Source: a virus
Lineage: Duplodnaviria > Caudoviricetes
Virus record (IMG/VR): IMGVR_UViG_3300025030_000103
Span: 1-63,362 of that record
Strand: one strand, 5' to 3'
DNA length: 63,362 bases
Every line of letters begins with the position of its first letter. Position 1 is the first letter of the stretch. A program made the position numbers and the translations under genes. The notes below the pieces were generated by a model. That model did not search any database. It was given only the letters and a program-made list of their open reading frames with translations, and was not told where the DNA came from. Below, piece by piece: positions 45,624 to 55,213 of this stretch.

Positions 45624-45848
45624 ATGAGACAGCCAGATATTTGGGATGTGAACACTATCTGCCTATTTGCAGGGAGCAACCGCAAGAAGATCACAACTAC
45701 ACTCGGCACAGAGTTATGGGTGCCGAGTAGACCAGAGCCGCACAACGCATTTTCGCCTCTGTGGCGTTTCAAACTCGCATGGCTGGTACTCACCGGGAAA
45801 GCCGACTGCTTAACATGGGAAGCAAGAGCGGCAGGAGGTGGGGAGTGA
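45624..45848 (+). CDS. Hypothetical protein containing the shared 127-bp repeat
   Basis: WVPSRPEP...RFKLAWLVLTGKAD; GGAGG RBS. Confidence 0.75.
   Translation: MRQPDIWDVNTICLFAGSNRKKITTTLGTELWVPSRPEPHNAFSPLWRFKLAWLVLTGKADCLTWEARAAGGGE
45721..45847 (+). repeat. 127-bp exact direct repeat, copy 2 (phage A/B junction)
   Basis: Identical to 1-127. Confidence 0.98.
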
Positions 45849-46156
45849 AGGTCTATTTCTACACAAAACACGGTAAATGGTTCTACTTCTCGATAGGTAA
45901 ATGGTGTCCGTTTCGCTACATGCAACACGGAGGATGGGTTTGTCTTGAGTGGCCGTGGATCAAGCAATATGCACTCAAGGTAAGAGGTGGGGGATGATCA
46001 AGGATTGGCAGGTTATCGACTATGCTGGTACTGACGCTAAGGCGTTGGCGGCGCTATTTCTCGACGGATGGGAGACCGCTCCAGGTACACATGAAAGTCT
46101 AACCGATCATGATGATCTGAGCTATGTGGTGTTGGTTAAAAGAGGAGATAGCGAGA

Positions 46157-46609
46157 ATGAGTAATTGCCTATATGGATGTGTACCAGGAGCACCGAACGA
46201 CCATTGCGGTCAACACGGTTTAGCCGCGCAACTCATAACCCTCAAGGCCGACCTCGCCGCGGCGCTGGAGAGGGTGGGGGAGTCCGTCAAGCTGATTGAC
46301 GAGATAGACAGGGAGTACAACCAGAAAACCAACGCCTTGATAGAACGCCACGCTGCACAACTCGACCAGCTCAAGAGGGAGAGGGACGAGGCGCAGGAAG
46401 GATGGGCAGCGGCTGAGGATCGGGCTAGCATCGAAGCAGGATGCTGCCACGAGGAGCGAACCAAGGCCAAGAAAGCCTACCGCCAAGGCTTCGAGGATTG
46501 CAGGGAGGCGATACACGACCATTTGGTTGACGTCGGCGTGCTGGTGGACATATGCCCCGCCTACGCTGAAATCCGCGCACTGACGGTGCCGGAGAGGGGG
46601 CAAGGGTGA
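46157..46609 (+). CDS. Ea22/Ead-like coiled-coil accessory protein
   Basis: Mosaic homolog of 318..812. Confidence 0.65.
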   Translation: MSNCLYGCVPGAPNDHCGQHGLAAQLITLKADLAAALERVGESVKLIDEIDREYNQKTNALIERHAAQLDQLKRERDEAQEGWAAAEDRASIEAGCCHEERTKAKKAYRQGFEDCREAIHDHLVDVGVLVDICPAYAEIRALTVPERGQG

Positions 46610-46851
46610 AGACACCAAAAGAGAAATACATGAACGACCCCGAGTATCACAATCTAGTGTGTACGCTTGAATCACTCATAGAGCAAGCTAGATTTACACC
46701 ATCCGAATTGCGTGAGGCTTGTATCCTCGCCTGCATAAATTATGAAATGCGCCACATTCGGGAATACCTAATTGACCCGCATGTGCTCAACGCCCTTGAT
46801 ACATTAGATAGGTTCACCTCACAGCGTACTCAGAGAGGCCCAATAGCATGA
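46606..46851 (+). CDS. Hypothetical protein
   Basis: GTGA coupling; FTPSELREA. Confidence 0.7.
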   Translation: MKTPKEKYMNDPEYHNLVCTLESLIEQARFTPSELREACILACINYEMRHIREYLIDPHVLNALDTLDRFTSQRTQRGPIA

Positions 46852-47445
46852 ACGAGCCAAAACACCCATGCGGCAAATGCACCTGGGCGGGGAAATCACG
46901 GTTGGGCTTCGGCTGTGTTCTGAAACAAATGGTGGTCACTGAGAAATGTGGTGGGTACACGGAGGGATAGCATGGACGAGTTCGCATATGAAAAATGGTG
47001 GGTGACGGTCAGTGAAGAGGACAGGAAGCTTCCGCCTGAGTGCTTAGCATGTTGGCAGAGGGTCTTTCTCAGAGGGTGGTTGCAGAAAGGTTCGGAGTGA
47101 GTCATGCAACCATAGGGTATGTGGCAAGGGACCAATCATGGAAATCGGTAGATTGCCAGCGCGATCCTGCCGGCAGATTGCGGCCAGGATATACACGAAA
47201 AGCAACCATCTGTATCTGTGGACAAGTTTTTGCTTCTCCGCAAAGGATGGGGCGACATCTCAAGCGCAGTCGCTGCGGGGTAGAAGGGGAGTGACCACCG
47301 CCAAGGACCCAGCAAGAACTCCCCAGCGCACCTACGAGGATCGGCGGAAATCAGCGCAGGACGCGTGCAGAAAAGAACCGTGCCACAGCGCGGGGGATTA
47401 CCCCAAGTGCGTGTGGTGCTATTGGGAGAAAAGGAGGAAGTGATA

Positions 47446-47730
47446 ATGGCGCATGATATGGGGTTATTGGGTGACATAGGAGGCTTGCGCATATTTGTGA
47501 GTGAGCTTTGCACAGAGGCCGAAGAATACGAGGTGGTAGTGCAGCTTTCCTTCCGCCAAAGGTGGATAGAACCGCTGCTGCACGGAATAACGATGCCTTT
47601 TGAGCCGTGGGTAAAAACGCGCACCGAAACCCGCCGCAGAAATGTACCGTTAAAGAAAGTGATACAGACCCCGCAGGGTTTGCTGATGCACCCCGCCATG
47701 AAGGATGAGTTATTACGGGCGCTTTTGTGA
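47446..47730 (+). CDS. Hypothetical protein
   Basis: AAGGAGG RBS; MHPA motif. Confidence 0.65.
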   Translation: MAHDMGLLGDIGGLRIFVSELCTEAEEYEVVVQLSFRQRWIEPLLHGITMPFEPWVKTRTETRRRNVPLKKVIQTPQGLLMHPAMKDELLRALL

Positions 47731-48074
47731 CCGCGCCCCCACAATGGAAGGTCAAGCCGTGGCGGTGCAAAGCCTATGGCCTATACGTCCGCACATTGCC
47801 GTGCGCTCTCACCGGTCACCGCGCCACTGAATGGATGGCAGTAGACCCACACCACGAAGAAAGGCCAGGGCATTCTGGCACCGGGACCAAAGCTTGCGAC
47901 TCGCGGCAGATCCCAATACGGCACGATTTACACGTGCTGATGGAGTCGCCGGGGAACAGCAGGGCGGCGGTGTACGCAAGGTATGGCAAAGACCCTGAAG
48001 AGATTATCGGGCAGACGCAGGAGGAGTGGGCGAGGAGAGGAAACAGCAAAGCATGGGAAGCAGTAACCGGCTAA
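47727..48074 (+). CDS. DUF968-like (HNH-related) protein
   Basis: YVRTLPC..G, DPHH, GTGTKACD, IPIRHDLH. Confidence 0.7.
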   Translation: MTAPPQWKVKPWRCKAYGLYVRTLPCALTGHRATEWMAVDPHHEERPGHSGTGTKACDSRQIPIRHDLHVLMESPGNSRAAVYARYGKDPEEIIGQTQEEWARRGNSKAWEAVTG

Positions 48075-48108
48075 GGTCGGTAAACTAGTTGTCATAGGGA
48101 GGAATAAA

Positions 48109-48432
48109 ATGGAAATGGTTATTTTGTTTTTGAAACTGTTGGCAGGGCATTTTGTGGCAGATTACCCTTTGCAGTCGGATTTCATAGCCAATGGCAAGAA
48201 GCGCCCCGGCCTGTATGGGGTGCCGTGGTATTACACCTTGTCTGGCCACGCGGCAACCCACGCCGTGGCTGTGTATCTTGTCACTGGCAGCATGGTGCCA
48301 TCTCTAGTCGAGTTTGCGGCGCACTTTGTTATAGACACGCTGAAGTGTGAAAAGCTGATAGGGATACACACTGACCAGTGGCTGCACATTGGGTGCAAAG
48401 CGGCGTTTGCGCTGTTTATCACACTTGCTTAG
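48109..48432 (+). CDS. DUF3307-like membrane protein
   Basis: HFVADYPLQ, H...H, HFVID, DQWLH. Confidence 0.8.
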   Translation: MEMVILFLKLLAGHFVADYPLQSDFIANGKKRPGLYGVPWYYTLSGHAATHAVAVYLVTGSMVPSLVEFAAHFVIDTLKCEKLIGIHTDQWLHIGCKAAFALFITLA

Positions 48433-48630
48433 GTGGGTGGCTATGGGCAAGGAAAGGGGGTGGGAGGATGGCGCTGTTTTGTGAGTTGTTGGCGTACGTG
48501 TGGTTTGCCTTTGGAACATGGGCGTTGTCACAGCAGACAGACGCTTTACTTTGTGCAACCGGCGTATTTCACATGGCTGTAGGTGCAATGTGGGTAGCAA
48601 AGTGGTCAGAGTTGGGGGAGTGGAGAGCCT

Positions 48631-48655
48631 AGGGGCCACGCGCCCCTTTTCTTTT
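48631..48655 (+). terminator. Rho-independent terminator
   Basis: aggggc-cacgc-gcccct followed by a T tract. Confidence 0.7.
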
Positions 48656-48658
48656 ATC

Positions 48659-48687
48659 TTGCATCCCTCATTAGCAAGTGGTAGACT
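48659..48687 (+). promoter_or_regulatory. Putative sigma70 promoter upstream of terS
   Basis: TTGCAT-17 bp-TAGACT with an extended TG. Confidence 0.5.
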
Positions 48688-48770
48688 CCGCGCCAAGCTA
48701 TGGCCCCTCCTCCGTGGCTTCCTTCAGCCGGTACGGGTTAGACCGGCACCTTTAATATCAAGGGGGCAGC

Positions 48771-49343
48771 ATGGCAGGGAAGAAAAAGGACACCACGGAA
48801 GCTGTGATAAGGCCACTCACCGATAAGGAGGAGTGGCTTTGTCGTGAGTTCGTGTCCGATGCGGGGGAGAATCAGACAAAGGCGTACATGAGGGTCTACA
48901 AGGGCTGTACGTATGAATCCGGCAGAGTGTTGGCGTCCAAAGCTTTCGCAGATGTTAACATCCGTCAAAGAATTGACGAGTTGAGGCTTGAGCGCAACAA
49001 GCGCCTTGAGATCACCGCCGACAAGGTATTGGCAGGTATTGCCAAGCTTGCCTTTTACGACTCCCGCGACTTCTTTGATGATAACGGCAAGCTGAAACCC
49101 CTTAGCGAGTTGGACCCCGACCATGCAGACGTGATTGCAGGGCTTGAAACCTTCCACAAGGTGACAGGGGACGAGTCAGACGAGGTAGCGATCACTACGA
49201 AGATCAAGCTTGCCGATAGGGGCCAGAACCTTGAGCGGCTGGGGAAATATCTTAAGCTATTTACGGATAAGATGGAACTAGGCGGGGTGGACGGCAAAGA
49301 CCTTAACCTCACCGTGTCGTTTGTAAAGCCCGATGTCGGTTAA
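48771..49343 (+). CDS. terS: Terminase small subunit
   Basis: LTDKEE.LC.EF, KAYMR.Y, EITADKVL, LERLGKYLKLFTDK. Confidence 0.9.
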   Translation: MAGKKKDTTEAVIRPLTDKEEWLCREFVSDAGENQTKAYMRVYKGCTYESGRVLASKAFADVNIRQRIDELRLERNKRLEITADKVLAGIAKLAFYDSRDFFDDNGKLKPLSELDPDHADVIAGLETFHKVTGDESDEVAITTKIKLADRGQNLERLGKYLKLFTDKMELGGVDGKDLNLTVSFVKPDVG

Positions 49344-50598
49344 CGCGCAATTTCCCGACAAGCTCTCGTTCCTTTTCGACTCTGTACGCTACAAGGTGGC
49401 AAGAGGCGGCAGGGGGTCGGGAAAAAGTTGGAGTTTTGCAAGAGCTTTGCTTATCCAGGCAGCATCGCAACCCCTCCTAGTCCTCTGCACCCGCGAGGTG
49501 CAGAAGTCGATAAAAGATTCCGTTCACAAGCTACTTAGCGACCAGATACAGGCGCTGGGCCTTGGTAGTTTCTACACTGTCCTCGAAACAGAAATAAGGG
49601 GCCGCAACGGCTCAAAGTTCATCTTTGCCGGTCTTTCTCAGCAGACGGTGGAGAGCATCAAGTCTCTAGAGGGCTGCGACCGCGTATGGTGTGAAGAAGC
49701 CCAAGCGATCACTAAGCGGTCATGGGATGTGCTGATACCGACTATCCGCAAAGACGGCTCAGAGATATGGATCAGTTACAACCCCGAGTTAGAGACGGAC
49801 GAAACGCACCAGCGGTTCACGGTGAACCCGCCCGAAGATTGCGTTTCGGTGTTGGTGAATTACCTTGACAATCCATGGTTCCCCGAAGTGCTGGAGAAGG
49901 AGCGCAAGCGGTGTCAGGAGAAAGACCCGATAGCCTACCCGAACATATGGGAGGGGAAGTGCAAGCCGGCAGTTGAGGGCGCGATCTACTACAACGAGGT
50001 GGCAAAGGCTGAGTTGAACGGCCAAATTTGCAATGTGCCATATGACCCACTTCTAAAGGTGCATGTGGTGTTCGACCTTGGGTGGAACGACAGCATGAGC
50101 ATTAGCCTTGTGCAAAAGATACGTTCAGAGGTCCGCGTCATTGAGTACATTGAGGACAGCCACAGGACGCTTGACGATTACTCCGCAGACTTGAAGCTGA
50201 AGCGGTACAACTGGGGCAAGGTGTGGTTGCCTCATGACGGGTTTAGCCGGGATTTCAAAAGCGGTAAGAGTTCCGAAGAGATCCTTAAAAAGCTAGGGTG
50301 GGACGTGGCAAGCCGTGAGCTTATCGTGGAAATGGGGCTGGAAGAGGGCATAAAGGCAACGCGCACCACTTTCGGCCAGGTCTACTTTGACAAGAACAAG
50401 ACCACACGCCTTATCGAGTGCTTGAAGCGTTACCGTCGCGCTATCAACCAGACAACAAGGGAAGCAGGCGCACCGTTACATGATGAGTTTTCGCATGGTG
50501 CTGATAATTTTCGATATATCTGCATAAACGCAGAGAAGATGACCAACGACACCGTAGATCATAAGCCATTGCCCCTTCCCCGGCTCGGCTGCGTATAG
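49333..50598 (+). CDS. terL: Terminase large subunit (PBSX family)
   Basis: GGRGSGKS, CTREVQKSI, WCEEAQ, YNP, DLG, HGADNFRY. Confidence 0.95.
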   Translation: MSVNAQFPDKLSFLFDSVRYKVARGGRGSGKSWSFARALLIQAASQPLLVLCTREVQKSIKDSVHKLLSDQIQALGLGSFYTVLETEIRGRNGSKFIFAGLSQQTVESIKSLEGCDRVWCEEAQAITKRSWDVLIPTIRKDGSEIWISYNPELETDETHQRFTVNPPEDCVSVLVNYLDNPWFPEVLEKERKRCQEKDPIAYPNIWEGKCKPAVEGAIYYNEVAKAELNGQICNVPYDPLLKVHVVFDLGWNDSMSISLVQKIRSEVRVIEYIEDSHRTLDDYSADLKLKRYNWGKVWLPHDGFSRDFKSGKSSEEILKKLGWDVASRELIVEMGLEEGIKATRTTFGQVYFDKNKTTRLIECLKRYRRAINQTTREAGAPLHDEFSHGADNFRYICINAEKMTNDTVDHKPLPLPRLGCV

Positions 50599-50606
50599 GA
50601 GATCTC

Positions 50607-52580
50607 ATGGACGTTTCAAAGCTCAACAAGGACGACATCACCACCAAGTGCATCGGCTACTTACGGGACTACAGTGCGGATATGTCCGAACTCCAAACGG
50701 CAAGGGAACGGGCGCTTAAATCCTATATGTCGCAGCCATACGGCAACGAGGTAGAAGGACGCTCCCAGGTGGTTATGTCGGACGTGTTCAACACTGTTGA
50801 GTCGCTGATGCCGTCGCTGATGCGGATATTCGCAGGGTCTGCCGATGTTGTCCAGGTTGAGGGGCAAGGCGAGGGAGACGACCAGAAGGCGCAGCTCATG
50901 GGGGAGTTGCTGAACTACCAGAGCCGCAAATGCTTCAACTCCTTTACCGTGTTCCACGATTGGTTTAAAGACGCGCTCATGTATAAGCTTGGCGTGGTCA
51001 AATACTACTGGCAGAAGGAAACCACCTACAAGGCGAAGGAGTACAAAGGGCTGACACCGGAAGAGCACGCCGCGCTGTCTGCATCCGAAGAGTTTGAGGT
51101 GGACAAGGCAGAAGGCGATGACGTTACCGGCTACAACGTCAAAGGCAAGGTGAAGACCACCACAAGTAAGCCGATGGTGGAGGTGTTGCCACCCGAAGAG
51201 TTCATTTTTGACGTGAGGGCCAAAGACCTCAAAGACTCCTTCTGCGCTCATAAGAAAAAGGTCCACCGCCAGACGCTCAAAAAATACGGTGTCAAAAGCG
51301 CGGATGTGGCCGATACCATCACCGAAATGAGCGGCGAAAACTTGGAGAACGAGCGTTTCCGCGACCTTGGTGGCAAGAACTTCCTTGTTGACGAGGACGA
51401 CGAGAACTTTGTCTACATCTACGAGTGCTATTACAACGAGTACGAGGACGGCGAACCTGTACCAGTCAAGGCTGTTGTGATGGGCAATAAGGTCATTGAC
51501 CTTGAGGAAAACAAATACGGCAAGCCGCCCTTCCGTGAACTGTCGGCGATTCGCTTGACTCACCGCGTAGTCGGTCGATCCTTTGCCGACTTGGTGGAAG
51601 AGATTCAAAAGCTCAAGACGGCCCTTGTACGGTATATTCTCGATAACATCTATTACCAGAACAATGCGCAGCGGGTAGTCAACCCGTACAAGATCAACAT
51701 TGACGACCTGTTTACACAAAACGTGCCGGGAGGGACGGTCAGGACGCTGGACATAAACACCCCCGTTGGCGATGCAATCATGAACGTGCCGACAGCCCCC
51801 CTTCCCCCGCAGGTTTTCGGGTTTCTCGATTACGCGGACGGCTCCATACTGGAGAACCGCACCGGAGTCACGCGGTACAACCAGGGGCTTGACTCCGATA
51901 GCCTGAACAAGACCGCCACGGGCATCAGCCAGATCATGTCGGCATCGCAGCAACGCATCGAGTTGATAGCGCGGCTGTTTGCTGAAACCGGCGTTAAGGG
52001 GCTATACGAAGACTTGGTACATATGAACCTGGACTTCTTCGATATGGCGACTTCCATCAAGATCAACGAGGAATGGCAGACCATAAACCCCGAAGACATC
52101 GACGGGCGGTATGACATCAACATTGACGTGGGCATAGGCACCGGCACCAAGGAAATGATTGTCCAGCAGCTCATGACCATGCTGCAACTGTACCTCAACG
52201 GGCTGATTCAGGTGGGCGTGGTCACACCGGAAAATGTGTCCGAGATGGTCAAGGCTATATGGGAAAACATGGGCTTCAAAAATGCTTCTAAGTTCGTGCA
52301 GAGCGGCAAGGAGGGTGAAGACCCCAATGCACCGCCGCAACAGCCGCAGGAAGATCCCATGCAAGCAATGCAAGCGCAAATGCAAATGATTGCTGCCCAG
52401 TTAGAAATGCAGAAAAAACAGGCCGAGATAAACAAGATAGAAACCGCTGCCATACTCGATCTTGCAAAAGCCGAAGCCGCAGAAATGGGGCAGCAGTTGG
52501 CAGAATACAAAGCAACGTTCGATATGTTGAACGCGGCACAGCAGACAGAGCAACAGCCTATGGCGCAGGAGGGTATGTAA
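50607..52580 (+). CDS. Portal protein
   Basis: 657 aa after terL; GRSQVV, PPEEF, TGVTRYNQG, KTATG. Confidence 0.92.
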   Translation: MDVSKLNKDDITTKCIGYLRDYSADMSELQTARERALKSYMSQPYGNEVEGRSQVVMSDVFNTVESLMPSLMRIFAGSADVVQVEGQGEGDDQKAQLMGELLNYQSRKCFNSFTVFHDWFKDALMYKLGVVKYYWQKETTYKAKEYKGLTPEEHAALSASEEFEVDKAEGDDVTGYNVKGKVKTTTSKPMVEVLPPEEFIFDVRAKDLKDSFCAHKKKVHRQTLKKYGVKSADVADTITEMSGENLENERFRDLGGKNFLVDEDDENFVYIYECYYNEYEDGEPVPVKAVVMGNKVIDLEENKYGKPPFRELSAIRLTHRVVGRSFADLVEEIQKLKTALVRYILDNIYYQNNAQRVVNPYKINIDDLFTQNVPGGTVRTLDINTPVGDAIMNVPTAPLPPQVFGFLDYADGSILENRTGVTRYNQGLDSDSLNKTATGISQIMSASQQRIELIARLFAETGVKGLYEDLVHMNLDFFDMATSIKINEEWQTINPEDIDGRYDINIDVGIGTGTKEMIVQQLMTMLQLYLNGLIQVGVVTPENVSEMVKAIWENMGFKNASKFVQSGKEGEDPNAPPQQPQEDPMQAMQAQMQMIAAQLEMQKKQAEINKIETAAILDLAKAEAAEMGQQLAEYKATFDMLNAAQQTEQQPMAQEGM

Positions 52581-52891
52581 TGGGGCTGACAGACATATTT
52601 AAGCGCAAGCAACAGTGTATCAAGGAGATAGAGCTATCAGCGGAGGCCAAGGTGATACTTGATTCCCCCCTGGTGCAGGACTTCTTTGCCAAGGCAGAGG
52701 CCGCAGCTTATGAGAGGTGGAGAGCTACACCGGACGAGGCGGTAGACGTGAGAGAGCGTCTGTACGCATTAGACGGGATGCTCCGCAACTTTAAGCAGTA
52801 TTTCATCGGATTCATTGCCAACGGGCAGTTTGCAGAGCGGCAGCTTGAGGAAATTATCAAGGGTGAAGAGTTGCAAAGCAAAAAGCATTGA
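52580..52891 (+). CDS. Portal-adjacent hypothetical protein
   Basis: TAATG coupling; RERLY. Confidence 0.75.
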   Translation: MGLTDIFKRKQQCIKEIELSAEAKVILDSPLVQDFFAKAEAAAYERWRATPDEAVDVRERLYALDGMLRNFKQYFIGFIANGQFAERQLEEIIKGEELQSKKH

Positions 52892-53000
52892 CATAAGGCG
52901 CTAATGAGTGTAATTGATGCACTCAACAGATTCCTTTTTTTACACAGTGATGCCGACTAACGGGCAATGGTGATGCCGACCCACGGGCAAGGAGACAGAG

Positions 53001-53795
53001 ATGGAAGACGAGTATGTAGAAGAGTTGGACGCGGAGCAGGAAGAGGCTGAAACACCCGAACAGGAACAGCCGGAGACAGAGGCAGAAGAGGCTGAGGTTG
53101 ACGCGGAGCAGGAAGAGGCCGAGACAACCAGCAAAAACCCTGTCATTCCCCGCAAGGCGTACCAGGCAGAGAAAGAGAAGCGCCAAGGGCTTGAAAAGCG
53201 TTTACAGGAGATGGAGCAACAGCTTGCGGCAACAAAAAACGCCCCCATCTCGCAGAAGCAACCGGAAACCATCGAGGAACTGTTTGACGTTAACCCTGAT
53301 GCCGCTCTTTCCCACATCGACCAGCAAATAAGGGCGGCAAAGGACGCTTACGACGTTGACGCCGAGCAGCGGTACAAAGACCTCAAGGTGGATCTGGTGG
53401 CAAGGGGGCTTAGAAGCCAGCACCAGCGGCAGAGCCAAGAAACGCTCACCTCAAAGATCAACAGCGAGATTTACAAGTCAATCCCCGACTTTGACACCAA
53501 GAAAACCGCGCTTGTCGCGCTTGCCGTCGAATACGGGTTGACCGAACAGGAAGCCGCCCAGGTGATGGACCCCACTGTAGTGGGCGACACCGCCGCCCGC
53601 ATGGCAAAAATGCTAAACAAGGTACACGCGGTTGTCAACGCAGGGAAGACCGCTAAAACCAAAGAGGTGAAGCAGCCGAACCGAACTGAACCGGCTGGGG
53701 CAGGTGGTTTCAGCAACAACAACCAACCAACAAAACTACTCAACAGAGCAAAGGAAAGCGGCAATCTTGACGATTGGGCGTCCTTGCTCGGATAA
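53001..53795 (+). CDS. Capsid scaffolding protein
   Basis: Acidic N-terminus; EKEKRQ coiled coil; precedes the MCP. Confidence 0.8.
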   Translation: MEDEYVEELDAEQEEAETPEQEQPETEAEEAEVDAEQEEAETTSKNPVIPRKAYQAEKEKRQGLEKRLQEMEQQLAATKNAPISQKQPETIEELFDVNPDAALSHIDQQIRAAKDAYDVDAEQRYKDLKVDLVARGLRSQHQRQSQETLTSKINSEIYKSIPDFDTKKTALVALAVEYGLTEQEAAQVMDPTVVGDTAARMAKMLNKVHAVVNAGKTAKTKEVKQPNRTEPAGAGGFSNNNQPTKLLNRAKESGNLDDWASLLG

Positions 53796-53806
53796 AGGAG
53801 CAGACC

Positions 53807-54748
53807 ATGACCGTCGCAGCGGATACCTTTAAAACCTATGAGAGCATCGGCAATAGGGAAGACCTGTCCGATGTAATTACCAACATTTCCCCCGTTGATA
53901 CCATCTTCTACAGCCAGCTTTCCGAAGATGGCGCAAAGGCTACCACCAAAGAGTGGCAGACTGACAGCCTCGCCGCCGCTGGCGAGAATGCACAGCTTGA
54001 GGGTGACACCACGGCCAACGTCGCCGCGACCCCCACCGTACGCCTCAACAACACCATGCAGATCCAGAAGAAGCAGCTCAGCGTTTCCGGCACACAGGAA
54101 GCCGTCGCGAAATCCGGTGGTGCCGCTGGCCGTCCTTCCGAGCTTGGCTACCAGACCGCAAAGAAAGCCAAGGAACTGGCAAAGGATATCGAATACGCAT
54201 TCCTGCGCGGTGTACAGGTTGCCGGCGACGCCGCTACTGCACGCAAGATGAAAGGGGCGCTGAACTGGACCACTACCAACCTTGACAAGGCCGGCGACGC
54301 GACCCTCAACGCAGACGGTACCGTAACCGGTGGCACAGCCCGCGACCTGTCGGAAACGCTCATCCAGAACGTCCGCCAAAACATCTTCACCGCTGGCGGC
54401 GACCCCAAAGTGGTTCTTTGCGGCCCCTTCCAGAAGCGCGGCTTCTCGGCCTTTGCCGGGACCAGTAACTACCGCCGCCCCATCGAGGAAAAGAAACTGA
54501 CCAACACCGTGGACGTCTACGTTGACGATTACGGGATGCTGTCCATCAAGCCTCACCGCAACATGCCCACCGATGTGGTTTTTATCCCCGACATGGCCTA
54601 CTGGAAAAAGGCAACTCTCCGCGCCGTCAAACGTGAGGAGCTGGCCAAAGCCGGTGATGCTACCATCTATCACCTCATCGGTGAGCACACCTGCGTTGCC
54701 AAAGCAGAAAACGCCTCGGGCAGGATCACCAACCTTACCACCGCCTAA
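53807..54748 (+). CDS. Major capsid protein (SU10/DUF5309-like)
   Basis: REDLSDVITNISP, EWQTDSL, KELAKDIEYA, YVDDYG; AAGGAG RBS. Confidence 0.92.
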   Translation: MTVAADTFKTYESIGNREDLSDVITNISPVDTIFYSQLSEDGAKATTKEWQTDSLAAAGENAQLEGDTTANVAATPTVRLNNTMQIQKKQLSVSGTQEAVAKSGGAAGRPSELGYQTAKKAKELAKDIEYAFLRGVQVAGDAATARKMKGALNWTTTNLDKAGDATLNADGTVTGGTARDLSETLIQNVRQNIFTAGGDPKVVLCGPFQKRGFSAFAGTSNYRRPIEEKKLTNTVDVYVDDYGMLSIKPHRNMPTDVVFIPDMAYWKKATLRAVKREELAKAGDATIYHLIGEHTCVAKAENASGRITNLTTA

Positions 54749-54750
54749 CA

Positions 54751-54778
54751 AGGGGGGGGCTACGGCCCCTCTCTTTTT
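54751..54778 (+). terminator. Terminator after the MCP
   Basis: gggggggc-tac-ggcccctctcttttt. Confidence 0.75.
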
Positions 54779-54790
54779 AAAGGAGACCGT

Positions 54791-55213
54791 ATGAAAACGA
54801 TTCTCTCTGTCCTTTTCCTCCTGGCTTTTGCCACTTCCGCATTTGCAGCTGGTTCCGGCGGCACCGCATTTGCCATCTACTCGGCGGCTTCGGGTGCAGT
54901 CAAGACTTCGGACGCGTTCAAAGTCAATGGGTACAAGACCAAAACCATGACCGTTTCTGGCGTCACCCTGGGAAGCAACGCATCTTCCATCACCTACAAA
55001 AACATGTCGGGTACGGTCGTGGCTCAGTGTGCGCCGACATCCACCGGACCGTGGTCTACTTGCATCGCAGGGGATTACGCACAGACCGCCGCATCGCTGA
55101 CTGCCAACAATCAGTTTACCTGGTCCGATGCCGTTGCCTATGTGCGGCTCAAATGGACCGCATCAACCACCGGCCAAAAGATCAAGGCTTGGTTCAACTG
55201 GACCGAAAACTAA
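54791..55213 (+). CDS. Beta-rich protein with Sec-type signal peptide
   Basis: MKTILSVLFLLAFATSAFA|A; YVRLKW C-terminal strand. Confidence 0.75.
   Translation: MKTILSVLFLLAFATSAFAAGSGGTAFAIYSAASGAVKTSDAFKVNGYKTKTMTVSGVTLGSNASSITYKNMSGTVVAQCAPTSTGPWSTCIAGDYAQTAASLTANNQFTWSDAVAYVRLKWTASTTGQKIKAWFNWTEN

Larger units (their letters stand above)
1..45720. mobile_element. Phage A: circularly complete podovirus-like genome (~45.7 kb)
   Basis: 1-127 recurs exactly at 45721-45847. Full gene set seen: terminases, portal, scaffold, MCP, tail, ejection, lysis, DNA polymerase, ligase. Divergent + replication arm and - structural arm converge at ~15.85 kb. No integrase or RNA polymerase recognised. Confidence 0.9.

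Noticed and set aside
47040-47294. HTH + zinc-finger ORF as a homing endonuclease
   Set aside because: The HTH resembles HNH-associated tails, but no nuclease domain or clear RBS is visible and a competing ORF (46972..47100) overlaps it. At most a remnant.
50661-54751. 430-aa and 426-aa - strand ORFs
   Set aside because: Antisense shadows of the phage B portal, scaffold and capsid genes in GC-rich DNA.
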